Part shown: in pieces, positions 54,253 to 64,000 of the stretch | How positions within the stretch are numbered: position 1 is the stretch's first letter | Layout: each line of letters starts with the position of its first letter | Assembly: GCF_016433145.1 (NCBI RefSeq) | Contig: NC_058134.1 | Location: forward strand, 122,666,027 to 122,730,026 | Source of the DNA: Gracilinanus agilis | Taxonomy: Eukaryota | DNA: 64,000 nucleotides | Reading direction: 5' to 3' | Translations under genes and position numbers: made by a program | Notes under the pieces: generated by a model | Database searches by the model: none | What the model saw: only the letters and a program-made list of their open reading frames with translations | Told to the model about the DNA's origin: nothing

Positions 54253-55629
54253 CTCTAGTATACCTAACTGCTACAGAATGCATTTGAGATACACCTGTGA
54301 CCAAAGCAGCATGGTTTAGTACACAGATGTTCTCAGAATCCCCAAGAATCCCTTTAAGTCATTTAATCTCTTAATGCTTCAGGAAACTCTTAAGGCTTTA
54401 AGTTTCAGAGGTATTAATTTCTATTGGTAGAGGGAGTTCCCTCACTGGGAGTTCTTTATACCAACAAAATTACAGATGCTGTCCAAAAACAAGTGCAAAA
54501 TGAATCATTAACATTTGTTCCAAAGAGAGTGAAGGGAGATAGGCTATTATTTCTTTGTTATCCTTACTTTAGTTAAGTTTTATGCAAATAACAAGAATGG
54601 TAAACCAAGTCTAAAGATAATAGGGGTAAAAACCTGAGTGGAAAGCATACAGTGACAGTTCTGGAGCTGGATTCAATCTCCCTAACTCTCTTTTAAGAAG
54701 AAAGTCACATACTTTTCTATTCTTTCCAGACCCACTAAGATAAAGAAAAAGTAGCAAATCAGCTTTCCATGAATATACCACCATATTAAATAACTAACTA
54801 GAATGCTGTTTGTTATTTTTTAAGTTGCAATCAATCCTGAATTGATTAGTCAGTCCTATAACTTGGAGTGGCTAATTCATTCCAGAATTTGTAGAGCTCC
54901 AATATATAAACCCCAGTATACCAGTAACACTGCATTTTTAAGAAACTTAACTACCACTTTCTTAAACTAGTTTTTAGGGCATTAGTATTTCCTTAGACTC
55001 AGTCCCAAGTTTAGGCACACCTTTTAAGATCTTTATGAATAGAGAGGCAAAAGGCTCTAAAATCCTCTGCTGGTTAGTGAACTGACTGTGGAATCTTGGT
55101 AACAAACTGATAATGCAAACTTGAGTCATGCAGAAGTTTTGTCAGGATTTAGTGTTTTCTCATCAACTAGAACTAGGGGTTAATCGAATCTAAATCCCAG
55201 AAATAGATAGCTGTCTCTGTTGCAAAGGATTACTGTCCTCTAAAGTCCTTTCCCAGCCCCAGGAACACAATGCTGATCTACATTTAACCCAAATACCTAC
55301 TTTCTGGCGAATCCATACATTCCCCACCTTCCTGTGATACACTGATGAGCTCTGTCACCTCAGTCTCCTGAAGTCTCTACCCTTACAGGATTAATGTGAA
55401 ATCCAAGGAGTTCTATTTAGTACCTTTTTGTTCACCTCTTCTCCTCTAGCTCCATAGAAATTCTCTCCTTCTAACAGGTAATGAGGTAAAAGAAGAGAGA
55501 GAGTGGTGAGACACTGCTTCCATGCCAGAGAGAGAAAGGTTCAGGAGCAAGCAGAAGGGGGGAAAAGAAAAGACATATAAGCCACTGGCTTCATACTATA
55601 TATAGCAGCAGCAACAAATCCAGCCTCAC

Positions 55630-55686
55630 CTGGGCTTTAATTCCAGAGTCGCCACTGACAATGTACTTCTTCTTGCTGCTAAACAT
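55630..55686 (-). CDS. AHCYL2: AHCYL2 alternative first exon, coding part MFSSKKKYIVSGDSGIKAQ (short isoform)
   Basis: ATG with A at -3, phase-0 donor CAG|GTGAGG, in-frame TGA 14 codons upstream. Closely resembles the recalled human short-isoform start MLGSKKKYIVNGNSGIKAQ. Spliced CDS is 1530 nt (509 aa plus stop). Confidence 0.85.
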
Positions 55687-56047
55687 AGTGTTACCATCTA
55701 GACCCCTCTTCACCACCTCTCCAGTTCAGGGACCCTGGTGTCCAGTCCTTTACACCTTCCCCATCAGCAATCTTGGCAGCTCTGGTTCCAGCTGGCTGGT
55801 TTTGGTGGGGTTATTAGCCTTTCCTGGTCTGCCTGCTGCAGCACCAACAACCACTCAGGCAGAAGAACCCCAATATTTAATAAGATATTTCTGCTAGCTG
55901 ATCACCAGCCATTCTTAGTTCTAGAGTGGTGGTAGTTGTTTTGCTTTATTTTTTTTTTTCACCTAATTACAAGGATCTTCTGACCTCTAAACCTTAACAA
56001 CAAGTCCCCCGACATGGCCCAACTTGCATGCGAATAACAATAGCTTA

Positions 56048-56053
56048 TTTATA
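56048..56053 (-). promoter_or_regulatory. AHCYL2: Candidate TATA box for the short-isoform promoter
   Basis: TATATAAATAAG on the minus strand, ~360 bp upstream of the ATG in repeat-free sequence. The TSS is not directly observable. Confidence 0.4.
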
Positions 56054-57305
56054 TAACCAGTGCACTTTTTGCTTGCTATAATTAACTTGCTAATTAGGTT
56101 CCTTTTTAACTACCTCCTCCCTTTTCTCCCCAATGTCAGATGATTTCAGTTAACCTGGCCTCGTTAGAAAAAAATTAACTACCAAACCACTAAAACAATG
56201 AGGAGATTTATTATATTGCTAAGAAAAAAGTTTTAAAATAATGCCAAGTAATTTGGAAGTCCCTACCTAGCCTGCATTCCCCTCTGACCTTGAGGAGGGC
56301 AGACCTGTAAACATAAGCTTTAGCTTGGTTATTCAAGTATTTCTCCAAGTCTGTTGAACCACAGTAAAGTTATGTCGTCTTCCCGCTTAAAATGAAACTA
56401 CAGGAAAGCTTCCCTGGCTTGGTTTCTGCTGATTTGGGTTACCCTACTCTCATTTTCCACATTTCCACATATATTGTCTCTGGATGTAAAGTAGATGGTT
56501 CTCCTACTTCTCCAGAAAAGTTGGGAGGCCAATGACTCTGCCAACTGACAGATAAAGATGTTAATAGATGTTAATACCATTGCCTTTCCAGGGCTAGGAA
56601 TGGTAGATGAAGTTCTAGTAACATCATATGATTAAATCAAGGGGCTCTTCTGTTACAGCCATTGCTGAAACTAATGGGGGGGGGGGCAAATCAATCTCCC
56701 TCATTTCCCCCCGCCCCACTGACCACCTAAGTCACCTAAAACCAGATTTGGATTCACCAAGATTTGCTGATGGGAAAGGGAAAAGATTGGAGAGGGACAT
56801 GGTGAACATAACAAGAATTAATCTCAGATTTGCAACATTAAGAGAGGAGCGGCAATTTTTCCTAAAAAAAGTTTTATTTAAACATGGTTATGGGGATATA
56901 ATACATATAAGATAGTCACTTCTGGGATTTTAGAACTATATTAATCAATCAACAAGAATTTAGTAAGGCCTTTTGTATGCCAGGTACTGTTCTAGGTGTT
57001 GAGAATATATGTACAAAGAATGAAATCCCTACCCTAATAGGAGATATAAGTACAAATATCAATGGCATATATATAATGCTAATAAATACAAAGAAATTAA
57101 ATACAAGATAGTTTGGGATGGAGGGCTCTAATCGCTGAGAGCCTCAGGAAAGTATTCACTGAAAATGATGTTTGAATTCATGTTAAAGAAAGAGAGGGAT
57201 TCTACTAAATGGAGATGAGGAGGGATATCAACCATTGAGCCAGGAAATTGAGTGTTGTATGTGAGGAACTGAGAGAGCGTTTGTTTGGATCATAGAGCAA
57301 AGAAG

Positions 57306-57555
57306 AGGGCAGCTAGGTGGCACAGTGGAGTGCCTGGCCTGAAGTCAGGAAGACTCACCTTCCTAAGTTCAAATAAGGTCTCAAACACTTACTGGCTGTG
57401 TGTGGCCCTGGGCAAATCACTTAATCCTGTTTGCCTCAGTTTCCTCATCTGTAAAATGAGCTGGAGAAAGAAATGGCAAACTACTCCATTATCTTTGCCA
57501 AGAAAATCCCAAATGGAGTCATGAAGAGTTGGTCACGATTGAAACAACTGAATAA
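57306..57555 (+). mobile_element. MAR1-like SINE inserted in an L2 fragment
   Basis: gggcagctaggtggcacagtgg head, cctcagtttcctcatctgtaaaatg core, atctttgccaagaaaatccc tail. L2-like flanks at ~56940-57300 and ~57560-57790. Confidence 0.8.
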
Positions 57556-59144
57556 GAGCACGGTAATGTCCAGTGAGGCTAGAAGGGAAAGTTGGGGCCA
57601 GGATTTGTAGGGCTTTAAAAGCTAAACAGAGAATTTACATTTTATCCTACACACAAGAGGCCACTGGAATTTGAATAGAAAAGTGACATGGTTAGACTTG
57701 TGCTTAAAGAAAATCACTTAGGAAGCAATGTAGGAGGAGATGAATTGGAGTGAGGAGAAACTTGAGGTTAGGATTTCAATTAGGAGGCTTGTTGCTAGGA
57801 GGCTTGTTGCATACTCTAGGACAAGGGGCAATTAAGGTGGCCCAGTGGATAGAGCAATGGGTCTGGAGTCAGGAATATCTGGGTTCAAATTTGGTCTCAG
57901 AATATTACCTTGGGCAAGTCACTTAACCTTGTTTGTCTAGCCCTGCCCTTCTTTCTGTCTTCTGAGTTGTTACTAAGATGGAAAGTAAGTTTTCTTAAAA
58001 AAAAATTATGTAACAAGATAAATAAAACTACAAATAAAACAGATACCATTACATTTTAAAACTAATTCAATGTGGTCTACATGGATCTTTATGTACAGAT
58101 TAGCAGCCTCATTTCTATTTGAGTTTGACACTACTGATGTAGGGTATGAAGGCCTCAGCTAAGTGAGTGAAGAGATAAGATTACTGATGATTGGTTATGT
58201 AGAGTAAAGAATTCAGCATAATGCCACTGTGGTGCCTTGGACAGAAACCTAGAAGCTTGAGACAGGGAGGGTTTTGGAGGGAAAGATAATGAATTCTGTT
58301 TTGGATATGATAAGTTTAAGATGTCTCCAGGACATCTAGTTTGAAATGTCTAGTAACTACTATGTGTTCAGCAGTATGTCAGGTGCTGTAGATTGTGCAA
58401 AGAAATACAATGCAAGAAGAAACTGGGGGAAGTGTGAGACTGAAGAAACCTTTTTTTAAATAATATCAGAAACACAACTCAGCTTGACTTTACACATTCC
58501 AGCTCAATATTAGCAATACTGCTGCCACTTATGAAGAATTTCCTTTTACTACTGCTAGTACTAGTACTACAACCACATAGTCATTGAGAGAGAATAAGTA
58601 CAGGTGCTAATGGGGATGTCCAAAAAAATCAGTGCAATGATACTCCTACCTCCAGTATCATGGATTTCTCAGGTATTTTCTCTCCAGGAAAGCAAAAGGA
58701 ATTTTTTATTTCAAGTTATTTTCATAATATTAAACTAAAAATTAATTTCCATGATTTGCCATGTTTTCTGCCTTTACTTTTTCCTTTCAACCTATTTTGT
58801 TTCAACTGCAACTACAATATTTTAGTTGAGGTCATTGAAAACATTCTGTGACCCAGTTTGATTTTTTTTTTATTGGAAACACAGATGGAAAGAAGTTTTC
58901 TCTTTCCAATCACAGTATGTTGAGCAAGGAGTGACAAGGAAATTTCAGGAGGATGTCTTTCCAGCTGTGTTCAAGTACACCTGTTTTTTAGTGATTCTTT
59001 ATTCTAACTAGGAGAATTGCATTTTGCCATCTTCAAAACTTGCTTTTCTCTTTTCTCCTGAAGACCTTTCCTAATAATGCAGCAGTATATTTGTCCCTGA
59101 GGTAAAACATTTTTTTCTAGGTTTTTCTCTCAATGGCAATTAAA

Positions 59145-59230
59145 AAAAACAAAAACAACAAAACCCTTACCTTCCATCTTAGAATCAATACTGTGTATTG
59201 GTTCCAAGGCAGAAGAGAAGTAAGGGCTAG
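59145..59230 (-). mobile_element. 5'-truncated SINE1-like SINE
   Basis: aaacccttaccttccatcttagaatcaatactgtg...gggttaagtgac, with the head missing. Confidence 0.8.
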
Positions 59231-62200
59231 GCAATGGGGTTAAGTGACGAGCCCTGTGCTAATGAAATCACAGCTCCAGACCTCCCCTCCCCATCTCCTC
59301 TAAAAATCTGATGATTCAAAAACCACTGAATATAGTCATTCAAAAACTTCTGATACTTTCGGAGTTGAAATCCAAAGTGGGGAGAAGGGGAGAAATGAAC
59401 CGAATATAAATTTTGATCAAATGAAATACTGGAAACTCTTGATTTTACAAAGATGTTACAGTTCTTCTAGGGGTAAGAGGTCGACAGGCAAGAGAAATAT
59501 ATAATAAATACAAATTACTCATTAAAAGAGAAATGGTTCTGAACACAAATAGTCATCCATCCAAATGTCAATTTTCCCCCCTGAAATGGCAGTTGAAGTG
59601 CTGAAGTTAGGAAATAAGTTTCCAACAACCTAACTTCCCTGAATACTAGCCCAGTTCTTTCTATTATACTACATTGCCTCCCGGCTGATGTTATCCAGTA
59701 ATCTCCTTAACCTTTCTTTTCTGTTTTTCAAATATTTATATTGTTGCAAATACAAATAGCAGAGAAAAAGGAATTAATGAGAATCACTGATTGGGTCAAG
59801 TCTACTTGAAAGAAAGTGTCAGATGAATCTGTTAGGTATCTGGGCTTTTCCTATCAGAATTATGATCTCAAAACTGTAGTAATAAGAAATATTTTTGAGA
59901 AACAGTTTCTTCTACTTTGAAGTAGGTAGAGATTGATTGGTAGCTGCGCATAACACAGAATCACTTGAACCAGCAGAGCAAATTACCAACCTTTTCTTAT
60001 ATTCCAAAGTGAAAGAAAAGGAACAAGCTAAATACACAAAAATGAAAATTTAGCATTTAACAAATAAAAAACTGTAGTGTTTGTCTTATTTAATAGGACA
60101 AATAATAGACTCTTCTGCTTCTCTTCCTACCTACCTGCTTTATGTTTTCTCTGAGTCCTCTTCTTCAAAATCCAGAAAAGCCTCCTGTTTCCAAGAAGAT
60201 CCCAGACCTTATCTTATTTTCTTTTCCATATATATATATATATATGCACATATATATATGTATGTATGTATGTGTGTGTTCCCCTCCCCTTGTAACCACA
60301 TCAGCTCCCATGAATCTAATTACCATCTCTATTATATAGAGGATTCATATGTACATAGTAGTAGTTGCAGCAGTAGTTTTAAAGTCCAAGGAAATTTTTC
60401 TCTAAGTGGTAACAATATTGCTAATATTGCCCTGGAATGTGTAAAGTTAAGCCAAGTTCTGCTTCTGATACTGCTTAAATAAAAATTTCTTGCTTCCAAA
60501 AGAAAATATTTTGTTTAGCTTTTTAACCAGACATCCTGCCCTCCCAACCTACTACAAGGCCATTTACTTGCATAAACTTTTCACCTATGAAGGGGATTAT
60601 TCCTACCATAAGAGAAAAATGGAATTGCCAGTTGGCTTAAATTGTAGAGTATCAACAAGTTTCCTATGGAAAAGTACCAGGCATCAGAGGGAATAAGGGG
60701 TGGGAGGAGGAAATATTTAAATGTAGGAACAAGAAAGCTTGGTGCTGATCTCCCATGTGAATATGAGGAGGTATTTCGCTCACTAAGAACTAGGGTTTCT
60801 TTGGGGACTGAAACACATCAAAGGAAACTCCTAAACTGTTGTTCTCCAAGTTTTCACCAGTAGTACTTCCTAGATAAGGCCAAGGAAATGCTTCCTATGG
60901 GAATACACTAAGGTGTAGGGTGGTCTCCAGCAGAAGTCCTTTGTTGATTAATGGAAGAGTTAGTGTGAAGGCAGTGGGTCTGCCTTGCCAATTTTCGTGA
61001 CCTGGGCTCCCTACATCTCTCCTCCTGGCCTACATCTGAGAAAAAGAGACTGTGAGTATTGCCTGTTGTTGTATGTGATCCAAGCCCCAGTTTGTTGAGG
61101 GTGGCTCTTTGACAGGTGACTTGACTTTTGTATGTTCTGATCCTTAGCAAAAACAGATAGAATGGTTATGATGCTACTAGGATTCTGTTAAAACTTTCAT
61201 CCTCACAGAAAAAGGACCCTTCCAGCTCTAAAATCTGATCCTCTGATCTAAGATACAGCTTTCTACTCTTAGAGAAAAGAATAAGTTCAGGATAAACTCA
61301 TCACACTAACATGTGATCTGGAATGAAGAAACCAAAATTGTTAAAACTTTCCCTTGTTCAAAATCCCACCCATTATAGGAGCCCCTGGGGGATATCTGCT
61401 TGTAGGGACTAAAAGATAGTTCAAAATTTTACTACCTTTGTCTAGAAACATTTATGCAATCCAATATAGATAGGCAGAATGGGGCTTGGTGGCTGGCTTG
61501 GTGGGAAGTAGTGGTAGCTGATCAAAGGACTTCAAGATTGATTCTGTGGGCCTGATCATAATTTAATATACTATGACCACATAGAATGAGTGTATTATAA
61601 AGGCAGAGCCTAAAATTCCTTCTTCTTTTGCTATCAAATAACAAAGTTCAGAAAGTAAAACTCTCTTTCTGAATTTTTCTGAAGGGATGGGGAAGAGATG
61701 AAGAAGAGAATGCTTTAAACAGGAAAATATTAAATTGAAGTAAACTGATATATTCTCTATAATGGGGCTTCCGAAAGCTGGCATTTATATAGCACCTTAA
61801 GGTTTGCCACATGCATTATATATTTTAACTCATTTATTCTACTCAACAATCCAATAAGGTAGATACTATTATTATTCCCATTTTACAGATAAGGAAACTA
61901 AATCTGAGAGAAGCTAAGTGTCTGTCATTCAGGGTCACACAACTAGTATCTGAGACAGGATTTAAACTCAGTTCTTCCTGATATTTACCATACATTATCA
62001 TCAACAATAGGAAGAACCCCAAAGGTTCTTCTCTGAGAGTTAAAAACTTTGTTGTGGAGTAATGCATTATCAGCATTCTATCATGCAAAGAGATAAATTA
62101 TGTCCAAAATTTTATGGGGGGGGGGGGGGAACTAAGGTAAGAACCAACCAATTGGGTTTCATGACCATATATCACTACAAAGTTCAGCATGAAGTATATT

Positions 62201-64000
62201 TTCCTTTTGAAGTACCACTTCAATTATTCTGCCTTTTATACTGTAAAGAGTTGGTTTTTCTAACTGCCTCCCCCCAACCAACAAAAAATCCATAAGGCTT
62301 CAACTAGAATAGCAACCAGCTGTTTCCTCAAAAAACCTCCCTATGTGAGAAAGTTCATGATACCTAATAAAATCTGATGCTGAATTACTTCCTGGAACCA
62401 GGCTGCTTCGATGAAGAAGGCAACATAATGGCTAAAACAGTGTAAAGATTTAAAACATTACTTCCTGAATCAAGAAGAATTTTATTCTTTAATAAAGAAT
62501 TTTAAAAGCACTTTACTATGAAATAATGAATACAATGAGTGCTTTAAAAGCCACTCAGCTTCAGAAAAGGCCATTTAACAATAGTCATAATAACATTCCC
62601 AAGATGTAGCTTCCTTATGACAGAATTGTAAGACTAGTAAATGGGGTTAAGGTCCAGAAAGAGCTTATATTTTTGAGTGAATGTGCGTGGTAGGTAAGCC
62701 AGCAGGACCTTATTCTTAGAGTAATAATAGTTACTGGAAAACTTTTATTGATCCACTTTTGAAAAATGCTGATCTACTTAATGTACAATGGAATTCTTCC
62801 CTAAGGTCCCTTAAAAGAAACCCAAAGGTTAATTTCTCACAGCAGACTCCCCTAAGGAAAAGAGGGACTTGTACTTTCTCTGGCTTTTTGAGCTAGAATG
62901 AGGCTTACAATAAAATAAATTCAGGTTCAAAATTCCAAAGTTAGCAGTTTATTTTTACCCTAAAACATACTAAACTAAGCCTGAATTAGGAAGAAACAAG
63001 AACATCTTTATCAAAAATTTAAAACTTGTCCCCTTCTAGTTTTCTATAGCAATATATTATTAAAAACTGAAACTAATTATTGAGGATGGTTGGAGGAAAA
63101 GATTGAAAGATTGGAAATGGAGGCTCTTAATTAAAGAAAAGAAAAAAAGGGGGAGGGAGGGTGGTTGCACTAGCCTAATACATTCAAACCTTCTGGACAA
63201 CTTCCTCAATGTTTAGATTCCAAGACCTAAGCACAATACATTACAAATGGTACATAAAGAATGCTTTTTCAGAATATAGATAGTTAGTACTTTTGTTGGT
63301 AAAAATATAATGTAATAGCTTCATAAATTCTTCTTGATTGGCTGGTTAATGCTTTAAAAATATTACAAAACTGTAAATCACATTTATTTGATCTTGTTTA
63401 ACTATTTTCAAGGAAATGTACTATGCAGTCATTTGGGTGTTGGAACTGTCCAAACAAAATGTATCAATATAAAATCAATAAAAAGAATATTAAAACTGAT
63501 TTCTTTTAGTTTCAACAATAGCAACTTATGATTAATTTGCATATTTGGATTATACTACCATTTCCTTATAGGAGACATTTACCCTATACATTGTTAATTC
63601 CAGGTTCATTTCAGTGCCTGGGTTACAGGGTGGCTTTAAAGAAGTTGAGAACAAAGGCCCAACAGTGGAAAATATGAGGAAGGTTTTTCTCTTCAAAAAT
63701 GAGAGATCAGAATTCAGATCTTTTTGTTAATCACTCCAGATATTTTTGGGGGCAGGGGCTGTGGATGCCATATTTATAGGTTCTGATTTTCTTTCACTTG
63801 TCCCTTCTTCAGTGAGGAATAAATTGAGCCTCAATATTAGAATGACAGTGCTAAAGAAACAGAAATGCAACTCAAATACAGCTCTAGAAATGCCCCCAAC
63901 CCATCACAGAAGGCAATACAAACACCACCAGCCAGTACAGACTTGTTGATAATCCTAGAGCATCCCCCATGATCAGGAAAGAAATTTAACCCAATACATA

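Overview
Eukaryotic genomic DNA from a marsupial, most likely a didelphid opossum such as Monodelphis (inferred from many SINE1_Mdo-like SINEs and MAR1/L2/L3 repeats recognised from memory). The window holds the 3' part of AHCYL2 (Long-IRBIT) on the minus strand. I located coding exons equivalent to human exons 2-17, all with GT-AG sites and consistent phases. There is also an internal alternative first exon (MFSSKKKYIVSGDSGIKAQ, 55630-55686) giving a 509/508-aa short isoform, and a ~3.07-kb 3' UTR ending near AATAAA at 12089-12094. About 9 kb downstream on the same strand is the first coding exon and promoter of STRIP2; its exon 2 was not found and is presumably left of the window. The introns contain a full-length RPL23A processed pseudogene with a 14-bp TSD, a three-layer L1/L1/LTR nest, several solo LTRs, hAT-type MITEs, many SINEs and a 366-nt N gap. 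No prokaryotic-type or wholly new multi-gene system is supported. The most distinctive unexplained items are an ~880-bp insertion with 138-bp inverted termini (38451-39332) and a 112-codon out-of-frame ORF overlapping the short AHCYL2 isoform. Repeat family names and human comparisons come from recalled consensus sequences, not from searches.
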